64,000 nt of DNA from an uncultured cyanobacterium (lineage in GTDB: Bacteria; Cyanobacteriota; Cyanobacteriia; Cyanobacteriales; CAWCAG01), in NCBI GenBank assembly GCA_963793425.1, contig CAWCAG010000005.1:1120001-1184000 (forward strand). The letters run 5' to 3'. The translations under genes were made by a program, and so were the position numbers. The notes beneath the pieces are model-generated. The model did not search any database and had not been told where the DNA came from. It was given only the letters and a program-made list of their open reading frames with translations. Shown piece after piece: positions 1 through 10,868 of the stretch; position 1 is the first letter of the stretch, and each line of letters starts with the position of its first letter.

Positions 1-773
1 ATAGCGTAGATGTAGTAAAAGATGGCTTCTGGTGTGGGAATATAGCCAAGTTTGTTTTTGATGGCGGTGAGGAAGTTTGAGGAGAAGTTGGGAGTTTTTT
101 CTACGAAAAGGTTGCCTTGTTGATTTTGGGTGTTGGGATAAAGGTAAAGAGGAAAAAAATAGCTTCTATCGTAAACAGCAGCTATTTTATGTTAACTACA
201 GATTAAATCAGTAGCTAAGATAGCAAAAGGTTCCTTTGTTTGCCGAGTTGTAACCAAAGAAATGTTCTCTTGAGTCATATGTTGATTAACTTCAGATCGA
301 GGTCTATCTACAAAATTGAAGTCATAGAATAGCCAGCGTGTATCGAAAGGACTGTATAAACATCTAATAACTAATTGTTTCCACTTCTTGTTAAGTCTCA
401 GGATTTTTGCAGCATCATTGAAACACCAATTCTTAGTATCTTTTATGTTTAGAGTTCTTGCTATATGATCTATTTGTTCCAACTCATACTCGATTATTGT
501 TTTAAACTTATTTATTAAAACGAATTTATCAAAATCTATTACTAAAAAGTTTCTAGCAGTATTCATGCAGCTAGAATTAACAGGCATAATATCAGTAATT
601 TTCCAACCTGCCTCATACTCTGATTTGCATTCTTTATTCTGTGGAATAAACAGATAAAAAGGTGCTTCAGGGCTTAATTCTGCCCACTCAACTGTAGTCA
701 CATCATGTTCTTGAAGATAGCGATATTTATCTTGCCTTGAACCCCAAACATGAGTGTGATAAATCTTTGCCAT
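1..773 (-). pseudogene. Type ISP/IIG-like restriction-modification C-terminal specificity (TRD) moiety; in-frame TAA at 192-194; runs off the window start
   Basis: Begins AKIYHTHVWGSRQDKY and contains YSPFDTRWLFY and RPR motifs. After the stop the same frame continues HKIAAVYDRSYFFPLYLYP...PEAIFYYIYA, typical of this family's C-terminus. Confidence 0.8.
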
Positions 774-779
774 AGTTGC

Positions 780-1142
780 TCAAAAAGGAAGGATACGAAC
801 TCTTGATTGTGTTTCATTAATTGTAATCAAAGCACCTAATTCGAGGAAATTGCGAGTTTGATTAATTGCATCAATAACAATAGTTTCTAAATAATCGGGT
901 AAAACATTTTGAGTGCGAACTTGAATTACACTAGGTCTAATCGCCTGGGTTGCTGCTAGTAATGCCCCAAAGTCCAAATCGTGGGTGAAAACAATATATT
1001 CGTGTGTACTTGCCCATTGCATAATCTCTCGATCTACTGCACCTGGATCGCCTACAGATGACCAATGAATAGCATCAATTTCATGTTTAGCAAATACATT
1101 TATCCAATCAGGTGAAAGGTTCATATCAATTAAAATCTTCAC
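780..1142 (-). CDS. DUF5615 family PIN-like toxin (VapC45-like)
   Basis: MKILIDMNLSP...D..I...A...IVFTHDLDFG motif; overlaps the upstream DUF433 gene by 4 nt. Confidence 0.85.
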   Translation of the reverse strand: MKILIDMNLSPDWINVFAKHEIDAIHWSSVGDPGAVDREIMQWASTHEYIVFTHDLDFGALLAATQAIRPSVIQVRTQNVLPDYLETIVIDAINQTRNFLELGALITINETQSRVRILPF

Positions 1143-1369
1143 GATGCACTTAAAGGGATCTCTATTTCCTCAACACGCCATGCAGCATAGGCTAAAGACT
1201 CTTTTAAGTCTTGAAGTTCTAAATAAGGATAAGCTTGTAAAATTTCCTCATGGGTTCGCCCAACAGCCATCAAACCCAAAATCATACCGACAGTAACTCT
1301 CATCCCTCGAATACAAGGTTTACCTCCCATCACTTCTGGATTAAATGTAATACGTGCAAGTTTTTTCAT
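1139..1369 (-). CDS. DUF433 family antitoxin
   Basis: RITFNPEVMGGKPCIRGMRVTV...EEILQAYPYL...LAYAA signature. Confidence 0.9.
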   Translation of the reverse strand: MKKLARITFNPEVMGGKPCIRGMRVTVGMILGLMAVGRTHEEILQAYPYLELQDLKESLAYAAWRVEEIEIPLSAS

Positions 1370-1432
1370 TCTTCTTACTTCTGTAACTTTTCCATAGTTA
1401 GGGCATTTCTAAAAAGTTTACGCTTAAAGAAA

Positions 1433-1696
1433 TCAACCTTTCACTTTCTCCAAACATTCTTCAAAGTCATCCCCTGCCCATCCATCCATGTTCTCTAACA
1501 CCTCTAATAAGCTACTTGCGTTAGAAGGAGGCTGTTTAGTTTTTGTAGGCTGAGGATAACGAGACTTAAGAAAAACAAGGAAATCTAAAGTGATCGCTAA
1601 AATCTCTTCCGGGGCTTGGGCAATTTCTTGGCGTAACTGTTCTCGAATTGGTATTTCTGTAGATGTAAGTTTTGTTTCTAAATTTTGAGTTTCCAT
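1433..1696 (-). CDS. DUF2281-like small antitoxin-type protein
   Basis: EIAQAPEEIL...LDFLVFLKSR and C-terminal GWAGDDFEECL, typical of cyanobacterial DUF2281-like proteins. Confidence 0.6.
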   Translation of the reverse strand: METQNLETKLTSTEIPIREQLRQEIAQAPEEILAITLDFLVFLKSRYPQPTKTKQPPSNASSLLEVLENMDGWAGDDFEECLEKVKG

Positions 1697-1708
1697 AATA
1701 TTCCTGCC

Positions 1709-3559
1709 TCAATTAACAGACTTAGGGTATTTAACCATGATAGCGATCGCAACTCCTTGTTGAATATCAAAAACATTCTGATCAGAAGAGCCATCGGGAG
1801 AAACTTCTTTTTTCTTACTGTTGCCATGCAAATCTGTTAAATAAATCTCATCAAAAGTTTTCTCTAAACTCTGACGCATTCCCCGAAATGTAGGGTTATC
1901 TAAATAGCCATGATTAGTAATAAAAGCCAAAATACCGCAACCTGTGCGCTCAATGCGCCATTGCCCAAACCTGATAAATTTTACATAATCATCTTGCAAG
2001 CCTTTCGGATTTCTTTCCTTCAGTGGTTGACCGTCAACTTGATAGTAATCATTCACCAAACCCCTAATCCATTCCCCAGTATTCCCCGACTCATAGGAAT
2101 AAGGAGGATTGCCCAACACCACCATCACCGGGGCATCTCGCTTAATTTCCGAGGCTTCATTGGCTTCTTGCGCCACAAACTGCCCAAACAAAACCTCAGA
2201 CTTCTTCATCGCTTCATCTAGGGTATTGGTTAGATAAATACCTAACCTTTGTTTGTTCGTAAACTGGTAGCCCAATTCTTGTAATTGTAAACCTAATTTG
2301 AGGTGGGCGATCGCATAGGGAGCCATCAACAATTCAAAACCAAACAAGCGATTAAGCAAATGTTCCTGAACATAATTATCCCACTGATTCGTCATACCAA
2401 TCGCTTCTAAATTGCGGTAAATCTGTTTAACCACTTCATACAAAAAAGTACCTGTACCCGTTGCCGGATCAAGAATTTGTACCCTCGGCTTTTGCGTTAG
2501 GGGATCTTTGGCATTATCAGCCAACCCTAGGGGCAAATCGAAATATTCCTTAAGAATCCTATCTACAGAACGAACCATAAAAGACACCACAGGTTCTGGT
2601 GTATAATAAACCCCTCGACTCTTTCGTAGCTTAGCATTGTACGCAGCTAGGAAAGTTTCGTAGAAATGTACCACCGGATCTTCTTGACGAGTACGTTGCC
2701 CAAAGTTCGCCAAAATACTGCCCATATCAACCTGAGACAGCAATTGCACCAAATCATCAATTGCCCAATCAATCTGACTCACTGCATCGGTTTCGACGAT
2801 CGTATTAAACAATCGCTTCAAAAAAGGATTCGTAGCCGGAATATAAGTAGCTGCCGTGCGACGAGTAAAAGCTTCACCGCCGGGATTTTGAGCATGGCCT
2901 ACCCTTGCAGCAAACAGCCCATAAGAAATAGTCTGGGCATACATATCCGCAAAGTCAGCATCATTAAGATTTGGTAGCAACACTTCACTAAAACCCTGCT
3001 TAAGCTGCTGCAACTCTCCCTCTTTTCCTTCTAAACTAAGAACAGTTGCAGTAGCTAAGCGAATTACCTTTGTTAACCTCGCCATCTGTTCGGCCAAATC
3101 TTCAGGGCTATGGATAATTTCGCCCTTATAGTTAAGAAACTGTTCCAACAGGGCAGCAGTTTTTTCTGTATCTTTTACTTCTAGTTTGTTGCCCTCACGT
3201 TCCGCTACAATCTCCTTAAGTCTACGTTTACCGTTAACATACCAACGAAACTCTAAATAATTAGTCAAAATCAGATTAGGAAACGCTTCTCGATAACGTT
3301 TTAGTTGCTCAGTTTTTTCCACCTGATTCAAATCTAAACCGACATCTTTCGCCTCGACATAGCCAATCAACAAATCCCGTTGCGTAACAGTAAAGTCAGG
3401 AATCCCCGCCTTATTGCCCTTCTCCTCAATCACCCCATCAATTCCTTGAGAGGGATTATCAAGCAAATCTTTCAAAGCGGGATAATGACTGCGTTCACTC
3501 CCTTTTTTGAGGTTCTTTTGAATCGACTTGAGGTAAGCAGTAAAGGAGATAGAGGGCAT
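1709..3559 (-). CDS. Type ISP/IIG-like R-M enzyme N-terminal part: PD-(D/E)xK nuclease-like domain plus N6-adenine methyltransferase
   Basis: PDF...GYVEAK nuclease motif; RGVYYTP, ILDPATGTGTF (motif I), GNPPY (motif IV), DDYVKFIR, DLHGN, NVFDIQQGV. Confidence 0.9.
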   Translation of the reverse strand: MPSISFTAYLKSIQKNLKKGSERSHYPALKDLLDNPSQGIDGVIEEKGNKAGIPDFTVTQRDLLIGYVEAKDVGLDLNQVEKTEQLKRYREAFPNLILTNYLEFRWYVNGKRRLKEIVAEREGNKLEVKDTEKTAALLEQFLNYKGEIIHSPEDLAEQMARLTKVIRLATATVLSLEGKEGELQQLKQGFSEVLLPNLNDADFADMYAQTISYGLFAARVGHAQNPGGEAFTRRTAATYIPATNPFLKRLFNTIVETDAVSQIDWAIDDLVQLLSQVDMGSILANFGQRTRQEDPVVHFYETFLAAYNAKLRKSRGVYYTPEPVVSFMVRSVDRILKEYFDLPLGLADNAKDPLTQKPRVQILDPATGTGTFLYEVVKQIYRNLEAIGMTNQWDNYVQEHLLNRLFGFELLMAPYAIAHLKLGLQLQELGYQFTNKQRLGIYLTNTLDEAMKKSEVLFGQFVAQEANEASEIKRDAPVMVVLGNPPYSYESGNTGEWIRGLVNDYYQVDGQPLKERNPKGLQDDYVKFIRFGQWRIERTGCGILAFITNHGYLDNPTFRGMRQSLEKTFDEIYLTDLHGNSKKKEVSPDGSSDQNVFDIQQGVAIAIMVKYPKSVN

Positions 3560-3619
3560 GGAGTCAGTTTTCTCATTGAGTTACTATTTCTATTATCTGA
3601 TGCCAAAACCCCAAGAAGA

Positions 3620-5434
3620 TTAAGCCGGAATAGTTATTTTCTCTTCCCCCGCCAAAGTAAAAGCCCCATGAACCGCTTTTAAAGCGATCGCACCTTGTTC
3701 TTCATCGACAACACAGCTAATTTTAATTTCTGAGGTAGTAATCATTTGAATATTAATTTTATCCTTAGCCAAAGCTGCAAACATCTTTGCTGCCACCCCT
3801 GGTTGCCCCACCATACCAGAGCCAACAATACTCACTTTCGCAATCTTAGTATCTACCAAAATTTCTCCGCACTGAAGCTCCTTTGCTACTGCTTGTAGGG
3901 TTTTCTGAGCAGTTTGAGCATCTCCTTGGGCTACAGTACAAGCAATATCGCGACAAGCAACCCCATTAATGATTCGGCAGCGTTGGGATTGAATAATCAT
4001 ATCCACACTAATATTTTCCTTCGCTAACAAGCTAAACACCTTTGCTGCCATACCAGGTTGATCAGGGATATGTCGAATAGCAAGACGGGCTTGGTTAACA
4101 TCAAGGGCAACTCCCCTCACTGGTACTAGTTGCCCCTTTGCCTTCCTCGGTTGAGTTTGCCGAATTGCTGAACTATTAATTTCAAAAGCACGACACAAAG
4201 CTGTTGCAGCGCGATCGCTATCTTCCTGGTGGATAATACAGCTAACCTTAACCTCAGAAGTGGAGATCATTTCGATATTAACTCCAGCTTCTGCCAGTGC
4301 CGTAAACATCTTAGCTGCAATCCCAGGGCGGCCAATCATTCCTGCCCCAGAAATAGTAATCTTAGCAATACCTCGCTCTACCATCACCTCTGCTTCATTG
4401 TGGCTAGTACCCATTTGAGAGCGCAAAGCAGGGGCGATCGCTTCGGAGACAGCCTCTGCTTGATTGAGAACAGCGTTTACCACAGTGAAGGCAATATCAT
4501 TGCTATTCCCTTCATGGATCGATTGAATAATTAAATCCACATCAACATTTTGTTGGGAAATTTCTCCGAATAATTGAGCAGCAATACCGGGGCGATCTGG
4601 AACTCGCAACAGAGCAACTTTGGCTTGATCCGTATCCAATTCCACACCATCCACCGCTTTGGTGATTTCCAAACCTACCAAAGAACGAGGTTTGGGGCTA
4701 GGGGAAACCACCTTTGTTCCTGGTTCATCACTCCAGCTTGAAAGTACTAGGAGGGGAACACCATAATTACGGGCAATTTCCACCGCACGGGGATGCAACA
4801 CCTTAGCCCCTAAACTAGCTAACTCCAACATCTCATCACTAGTAATTTGCTCCAACAACCTTGCTGACGGTACAATGCGAGGGTCAGTGGTGAGGATGCC
4901 AGGGACATCGGTATAAATTTGGCAACAATCAGCTTTTAAGGAGGCTGCTAAGGCAACAGCAGTAGTATCAGAACCTCCTCTTCCCAAGGTGGTTATTTCC
5001 AATTCTTCTTTACTCGTTATACCCTGGAAACCAGCCACCACCAAGACTTTGCCTTCTCCTAAATGGCGCTGCATCCTTTGGGTATTGATCTCCAAAATCC
5101 GAGCGCGACTATAGGCAGCTTCTGTAACGATACCAACTTGAGCCCCAGTAAGAGAAATAGCAGGTTGTCCCAATTCTTGCAAAGCCATACTTAATAGGGC
5201 AATGGAAACCTGTTCCCCCGTAGAAAGGAGCATATCCATTTCCCGACGACTAGGATGACTAGAAATTTGTTGGGCTAAACCAACTAGAGTATTAGTGGTT
5301 TTTCCCATAGCAGAAACCACTACTACTACTGAATTACCACCTTGAATTGTTTTGCAGATCCGTTGAGCAACTGCTTGAATCCTTTCTACGGAACCAACGG
5401 AAGTACCACCGTATTTTTGGACGATTAGAGCCAT
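3620..5434 (-). CDS. lysC: Aspartate kinase (cyanobacterial type with four ACT domains)
   Basis: VQKYGGTSVG, TTLGRGGSDTTA, YTDVPG and repeated ACT motifs. Confidence 0.97.
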   Translation of the reverse strand: MALIVQKYGGTSVGSVERIQAVAQRICKTIQGGNSVVVVVSAMGKTTNTLVGLAQQISSHPSRREMDMLLSTGEQVSIALLSMALQELGQPAISLTGAQVGIVTEAAYSRARILEINTQRMQRHLGEGKVLVVAGFQGITSKEELEITTLGRGGSDTTAVALAASLKADCCQIYTDVPGILTTDPRIVPSARLLEQITSDEMLELASLGAKVLHPRAVEIARNYGVPLLVLSSWSDEPGTKVVSPSPKPRSLVGLEITKAVDGVELDTDQAKVALLRVPDRPGIAAQLFGEISQQNVDVDLIIQSIHEGNSNDIAFTVVNAVLNQAEAVSEAIAPALRSQMGTSHNEAEVMVERGIAKITISGAGMIGRPGIAAKMFTALAEAGVNIEMISTSEVKVSCIIHQEDSDRAATALCRAFEINSSAIRQTQPRKAKGQLVPVRGVALDVNQARLAIRHIPDQPGMAAKVFSLLAKENISVDMIIQSQRCRIINGVACRDIACTVAQGDAQTAQKTLQAVAKELQCGEILVDTKIAKVSIVGSGMVGQPGVAAKMFAALAKDKINIQMITTSEIKISCVVDEEQGAIALKAVHGAFTLAGEEKITIPA

Positions 5435-5445
5435 GAACTTAAGAG

Positions 5446-5478
5446 TAAGTAATAAGTAATAAGTAATAAGTAATAAGT
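5446..5478. repeat. Heptamer tandem repeat (TAAGTAA) x4.7, STRR-like
   Basis: Directly visible; the same unit recurs at 16071-16102. Confidence 0.9.
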
Positions 5479-5603
5479 TTGATTTCTTGTTTTTCCCGGA
5501 AATTAACTAAACTTTTTAACTTAATTACTCGCATTCGTGATTTATTTAGATAGAATACTACAAATCAAGTTCATTAAGGATGAATTCCTAAATTCCCTTA
5601 ACT

Positions 5604-5930
5604 TTATGACGAAATGTCATTGTTTCTTTTGATGAAGGTAGCAATCTCCCAAGCTTTTGTTCTTAGCTCATTTAGAAGATTGTTCTTCTCTATGTAGCCA
5701 GGTTTCCAGGCAAATTTACCATCCTTCAAGCCTTGACAAATAACCAAATCATTGAATGAACCCATTCCTCCATAAGCACCAAGAAGATATTCGATCCCTG
5801 AATAATCTGAGTTCAATAATCTTCTCTTCGATTCTACTATCTGGCTGTGCCAACCAGTTTCTCCATCACTATCAAGTAAGGATGCTATTTGATCGAGGAC
5901 AGCAATAAGTTGTTCTATTTGGGAATCCAT
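5604..5930 (-). CDS. DUF6966-like small protein
   Basis: YGGMGSFNDLVI motif. Confidence 0.6.
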   Translation of the reverse strand: MDSQIEQLIAVLDQIASLLDSDGETGWHSQIVESKRRLLNSDYSGIEYLLGAYGGMGSFNDLVICQGLKDGKFAWKPGYIEKNNLLNELRTKAWEIATFIKRNNDISS

Positions 5931-5966
5931 TTCCGTACATTTTTTCTCCTTTGTAGCTGCTATAAC

Positions 5967-6824
5967 TTAAAATCTCATCTCTGACAGCTTGCTAGTTGGC
6001 GGTAAATCTAAAGGGATAGCCCCCAACAAACCTTTACGAAAATCATTTAACAGTTGACAAGCTGCCCTTTCTTGGTCACCTTTGTAATTAAGTTGAGCTA
6101 GTTTATCTAAATACTCTTCCCCACTAAACTCATCAGCTTCTAATTGATAGCGAGATTGCAAAGCATCAGCAAAATCAAGTTCTTGTAACAATTCCACAAA
6201 AGCAACTGCAACCCTTTGGTTATCATAGGATGCTTCTCCTATATCATCACAAATAGCCAACTTAATAGCATCTTCTTGATCCTCCAAGCGCCAAGGAATA
6301 ACTCCCGGTGCATCCAACATCTCGATTTGGTCTGAAATACGTACCCAATGGAGTTGCTTCGTTACCCCCGCACGACGGGCGCTAGCCACAGCTTTACGAC
6401 CTACCAAACGGTTAATCAGAGCAGATTTACCCACATTAGGAAAACCAATCACAACAGCACGAACTGGACGAGGGCGCATCCCGCGATCGCGCCTACGTTG
6501 GTTCATCTGCTTCCCTGCATTCTGGGCTGCTTTGATGATTTGTTTAATCCCTTTACCTTTTTGGGCGTTGGTAAAATAAACTTCTTCTTCTTCTAATTGG
6601 AACCATTCTTGCCAAGCTTGTTTAAGATCAGCAGGAATCATATCCACTCGATTAACTACAAGTATTTTGGGCTTATCATTAATCCAATCTTCTACTTGAG
6701 GATGATGGGAAGTAAAAGGAATTCTCGCATCCAAAACTTCTAAGACAACATCAACACGCTTGAGTTGTTCTTTGAGTTGTCTTTCTGCTTTGGCAATATG
6801 CCCCGGATACCATTGAATGAGCAT
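5967..6824 (-). CDS. ylqF: Ribosome biogenesis GTPase YlqF/RbgA
   Basis: IQWYPGHIAKA, DARIP, GFPNVGKSALIN, DAPG; circularly permuted GTPase. Confidence 0.96.
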   Translation of the reverse strand: MLIQWYPGHIAKAERQLKEQLKRVDVVLEVLDARIPFTSHHPQVEDWINDKPKILVVNRVDMIPADLKQAWQEWFQLEEEEVYFTNAQKGKGIKQIIKAAQNAGKQMNQRRRDRGMRPRPVRAVVIGFPNVGKSALINRLVGRKAVASARRAGVTKQLHWVRISDQIEMLDAPGVIPWRLEDQEDAIKLAICDDIGEASYDNQRVAVAFVELLQELDFADALQSRYQLEADEFSGEEYLDKLAQLNYKGDQERAACQLLNDFRKGLLGAIPLDLPPTSKLSEMRF

Positions 6825-7033
6825 TTAATTGTTGGTTGCTAATTGCTAATTGCTAATGGTAACAAATAGAGGTACTCCAAACACAAATGAATTGCCCCTA
6901 ACTTGAAGACTTAGACGCTCTTATAAAACCTCTATGGCTAGGGATTTAATAATTGTATACTTTTAAAAAGGCAAAAAACAGGGATACAATCTTGCTGCAT
7001 CCCTACTTAAAAAATCAATTGATTGTTGTATAT

Positions 7034-8254
7034 TTATGGAGCTAAAGCGCTACCCCGCAACAAGCTACCGATAGTTTTAGCCGTAATCTTCATTTGAATT
7101 AAAGGATTAGCGGGAACTACAGTTTTGTAAAGGTAACTATCAAAAGTCAGCTTCTGTACATCTTCATCAGCACACATCTCTACAAAAGCTTCCCTAGTAG
7201 CATTGGTGCGATAAAAGACTCTTTGTAAGATATCTAATACCTTGTAAGTCATACCATACTTCTTATCCCAATGCTTGAGGTAGAGTTTCAGATCCGCTTC
7301 TGTAGGAATGGTAGCACCGTTATTGGAGGTTTCCACAATAGTTTCGGCACACATCCGGGCGGATTTAGCAGCAAAGTAAATACCTTCACCAGAAGATTTA
7401 GTAACTGTACCGGCAGCATCTCCCACCAAAGCAACTCTACCCTGCACTCTGCGGGGTCTAGGATGCTCAGGAATAGGATGAGCTTCTACTTTGATTATTT
7501 CGCCCCCAGCTAACCTTTTAGAGGCACGGGCGCGGATACCAGCTTGTAGCTTTCTGATATCTGCTTTATTAACCTTCATTGTGCCAGTACCGACAGCAAC
7601 ATGGTCATATTTGGGGAAAACCCAAGCGTAGAAGTCGGTGGAAACATCATCGCCGACATACATTTCTGCCAAGTTATGGTAATAAGCCATCTTATCTTCT
7701 GGCAAACGAATCCTTTCTTGGAAGGCGATCGCATAGTTATAATCCCCAGCATCAATGGCTTTGGCGATGCGAGAATTAGCCCCATCTGCCCCAATAACCA
7801 CATCAGCCTTTAAGGTTTTCATAACCCCCATTTTGCTACCGTTGGAGTGGTCTGCATAATGGAGAGTGTAAGGCTGTTTATCTGAAGAAGGAATATCTAA
7901 TTTATAAACAGTACCGTTAATTAAATTTGCCCCTAATTTAGCGGCGCGATCACGCATGAAGCCATCTAAGACTTCCCGGCGACACATACCAATATATTCA
8001 CCTTCGTTTTTAATATTGATATCAACCTCGACATTAGATGGCGAGATCATTTTCATATTTCTGACCTTACGGTCAATAATTTTTTCTGGTAAATCAAATT
8101 CGCTCACCATACAAAGAGGAATTGCCCCTCCGCAAGGCTTCGCATTATCTAGCTTACGCTCAAATAAATAAGTTTCAATACCCGCTTTTGCTAAGACTTC
8201 AGCAGCCGAAGAACCAGCCGGCCCTGAACCAACAACAGCAACCCTTAATACCAA
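7034..8254 (-). CDS. chlP: Geranylgeranyl reductase
   Basis: RVAVVGSGPAG, AKPCGGAIP, EAHPIPEHPRP. Probable TTG start at 8254 behind AGGAGAAAG (the ORF track extends to 8293). Confidence 0.97.
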   Translation of the reverse strand: MVLRVAVVGSGPAGSSAAEVLAKAGIETYLFERKLDNAKPCGGAIPLCMVSEFDLPEKIIDRKVRNMKMISPSNVEVDINIKNEGEYIGMCRREVLDGFMRDRAAKLGANLINGTVYKLDIPSSDKQPYTLHYADHSNGSKMGVMKTLKADVVIGADGANSRIAKAIDAGDYNYAIAFQERIRLPEDKMAYYHNLAEMYVGDDVSTDFYAWVFPKYDHVAVGTGTMKVNKADIRKLQAGIRARASKRLAGGEIIKVEAHPIPEHPRPRRVQGRVALVGDAAGTVTKSSGEGIYFAAKSARMCAETIVETSNNGATIPTEADLKLYLKHWDKKYGMTYKVLDILQRVFYRTNATREAFVEMCADEDVQKLTFDSYLYKTVVPANPLIQMKITAKTIGSLLRGSALAP

Positions 8255-8479
8255 GGTCTTTCTCCTTTTCGCTCCTTTAGCTACGAAAAGCATCCTATCA
8301 CGAGGATTTCGTCTTGGCCAGCTTCAGCCTAACGTTGCAATAGAGCTTAACAACAATGGTAATAATACTTAACAGTTATCAATGAGCAGTTATTAATGAT
8401 TAGTTATTAGTTGTCAGTTACTGTTTCCCTATATATGCTAGGCTAGCTCCGATTAATAGTGCTTGTGGGGAGTGAGATT

Positions 8480-9523
8480 ATGGCTAAATTAAAGGTGGGT
8501 TTGTTGTTTGGTGGTTGTTCTGGTGAACATGAAGTTTCTCTTAGTTCGGCAGGGGCGATCGCAACAGCTTTAAGTAAAGGAGAAAATGCTGCTAAATATG
8601 AGGTATTGCCTTTTTATATTCAAAAAGATGGTATATGGCAAGCTGGGGAAATTGCTCAAAAAGTATTAGACTCAGGAAAACCTCGCCAGGAAACAGGGGG
8701 TAATCTCTGGAGTTTTCCTCCCCAAGCAGCAGAGATTGAAGTTTGGTTTCCTATACTCCATGGCCCCAATGGCGAAGATGGGACAATTCAGGGCTTACTT
8801 ACTCTTATGCAGGTTCCTTTTGTCGGTAGTAATGTTTTAGGATCTGCTGTAGGAATGGATAAGCTGGCGATGAAGTCTGCTTTCTCTACTTTAGGACTTC
8901 CCCAAGTTAAATACATGGCGGTTTCCCGTGAGGAAGTATGGTCAAACCCCTGCGTATTCACGAAACTTTGCGATGATATCGAAGAAAAGTTAGGTTATCC
9001 CTGTTTTATTAAACCAGCTAACTTAGGTTCTTCTGTCGGTATTACTAAAGCGAAAACCCGTAGTGAGTTAGAAGCGGCTTTAGATAGTGCCGCTAGTTAT
9101 GACCGACGCATAATAGTAGAAGCAGGAGTAGAAGCGAGGGAAGTAGAATGTGCTGTTTTGGGTAACGATAATCCCAAAGCCTCTGTACCCGGAGAAATCA
9201 CCTTTAACAGTGAGTTTTATGATTATGAAACCAAGTATACCGAAGGCAAAGCAGAGTTAAAAATTCCTGCCCCAGTTTCTCAAGAAATTACCACTAAAAT
9301 GCAAGAAATGGCTATTGAAGCTTTTCTGGCTGTTGATTGCGCGGGATTAAGTAGAGTTGATTTCTTCTATGTAGAAAAGACTAGGGAAATTTTCATCAAT
9401 GAAGTGAATACTCTTCCTGGTTTTACTGCCACGAGTATGTATCCTCAACTTTGGGAAGCTACAGGTATTCCTTTTTCAGAGTTAGTTGATAAGTTAATTC
9501 AGTTGGCTTTGGAGCGAAAGTAA
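8480..9523 (+). CDS. ddl: D-alanine--D-alanine ligase
   Basis: [51 protein letters not shown] at 8480 preferred. Confidence 0.97.
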   Translation: MAKLKVGLLFGGCSGEHEVSLSSAGAIATALSKGENAAKYEVLPFYIQKDGIWQAGEIAQKVLDSGKPRQETGGNLWSFPPQAAEIEVWFPILHGPNGEDGTIQGLLTLMQVPFVGSNVLGSAVGMDKLAMKSAFSTLGLPQVKYMAVSREEVWSNPCVFTKLCDDIEEKLGYPCFIKPANLGSSVGITKAKTRSELEAALDSAASYDRRIIVEAGVEAREVECAVLGNDNPKASVPGEITFNSEFYDYETKYTEGKAELKIPAPVSQEITTKMQEMAIEAFLAVDCAGLSRVDFFYVEKTREIFINEVNTLPGFTATSMYPQLWEATGIPFSELVDKLIQLALERK

Positions 9524-9532
9524 GGCAAATTA

Positions 9533-10273
9533 TCAAAAGAGGACATACCGAAAACGAACCACGATAGTTGAACCCAAAGCAATAGCAAAATGAACTCCCA
9601 TCGGCCAACCTATAGAAACCAAAAACCAGTTTAAAAATTGCTCCAACTCTGGAGATACAAAGTCAAATATACTCATCGCACCAAAGACGAGATTAAGAAA
9701 TATAGCAATGGGCAAGTAGATCGGAGGAAGCCAGAATAAGAGCATTCCTGACCCTGGGGCTGTCGAAGCACCTTTACTAAGCAACCTAAACAGAGCAATC
9801 CCAATACAAACGAAGAGGAATATCAGGCCACTTTGAGAGAGGAGTACAGCTTTAGGGGCTGCAATGGTTTTGGCAATGCTGGCAAAGCAAGTCAGAGGCA
9901 CAAAAACTATTCCCAAAGGTAACCATCCCCAACTCATGGGATTAACTAGAGATTTATAGCAGTCAGATAATATTGCTCTAAGCTCTAATCTAGATTTGAT
10001 ACTATAAGGGGCGAAATTGGAATTTTTCCAAACTTCCCGTAACCCTTTAAATTGCAGAATGAGGCCAATAATTAGCCAAAAGCTACCCAAGATTAAGACT
10101 AAAAGAGGCTGGCTTGTTTGAATTAGCTCTAGTACGGTAAAACCTATAAGTGTTAGTGAAGGTAGTACCAATAGTAATTTCCAATCGGCGATCGCATAGC
10201 TGAACTTTGTAAAATTTGCAAAAGCTATCAGGAGGGCAAGAATAAAGAAGACAATAATATTAAGTAGGAACAT
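9533..10273 (-). CDS. Hypothetical multi-pass membrane protein
   Basis: 246-aa ORF with several hydrophobic segments. Confidence 0.6.
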   Translation of the reverse strand: MFLLNIIVFFILALLIAFANFTKFSYAIADWKLLLVLPSLTLIGFTVLELIQTSQPLLVLILGSFWLIIGLILQFKGLREVWKNSNFAPYSIKSRLELRAILSDCYKSLVNPMSWGWLPLGIVFVPLTCFASIAKTIAAPKAVLLSQSGLIFLFVCIGIALFRLLSKGASTAPGSGMLLFWLPPIYLPIAIFLNLVFGAMSIFDFVSPELEQFLNWFLVSIGWPMGVHFAIALGSTIVVRFRYVLF

Positions 10274-10400
10274 AGGAGTAAATAAATTAGGGACTCATTC
10301 TTTTTTATCCTCTTTGAGGGTGAAAATAACCCTTGGATGTGTACCTTAGTAAATTGGAGGCATAGATTAGTTATCAAGGATTTATTGAGATGATTTCTTG

Positions 10401-10868
10401 TTAATTCTGTTCTGTTCGTAAAACTCTAAACGGCTGATTGCGACTCTCCCATGTATGAATAAGCGAGTAAAGTTGTGTTTGTTGGAAATAAACTTCTTCA
10501 TAGGCAAGTCGCAAGCTACGTTCAAGATTAATAGGGTTAACATCAGCAGTATTGTTAGAGCCAATAGTTTAAAGTAAATTGGAGTTTCGATCTTGCGGAG
10601 TAGCAAGGCGATCAAAGTCCGCATCAACAATTGCTAAAATTCCCTTAAAATTCGATTCCTTCTCCAATATTTCCAAAATAGAAATTGCCCGCAATTTACT
10701 AGAAGGTTTTCCTGAAGTAGTTACTAACTCACAGCTTGAGTTATTAACAAAACGCTCATAAAATATTTTATCTGAACGCCCTTCTACTAATAGAAATGTT
10801 CCCTGATAAATACTTCGTCTTAAACGGATTTGGTTAGCAACACGGTCAACTGTAAGTAGATTCCTCAC
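10401..10868 (-). pseudogene. DUF4435 (TOPRIM-like) protein with an internal deletion and stop
   Basis: N-terminal LLVEGRSD...IVDADFD. After TAA (10569-10571) the same frame reads the family-like C-terminus LERSLRLAYE..F..TQLY..I..WE..NQPFRVL, ending at the stop at 10401. Confidence 0.7.

Noticed and set aside
10382..10630. 82-aa ORF from the track
   Set aside because: Wrong frame; the DUF4435 C-terminus is read in the frame ending at 10401.
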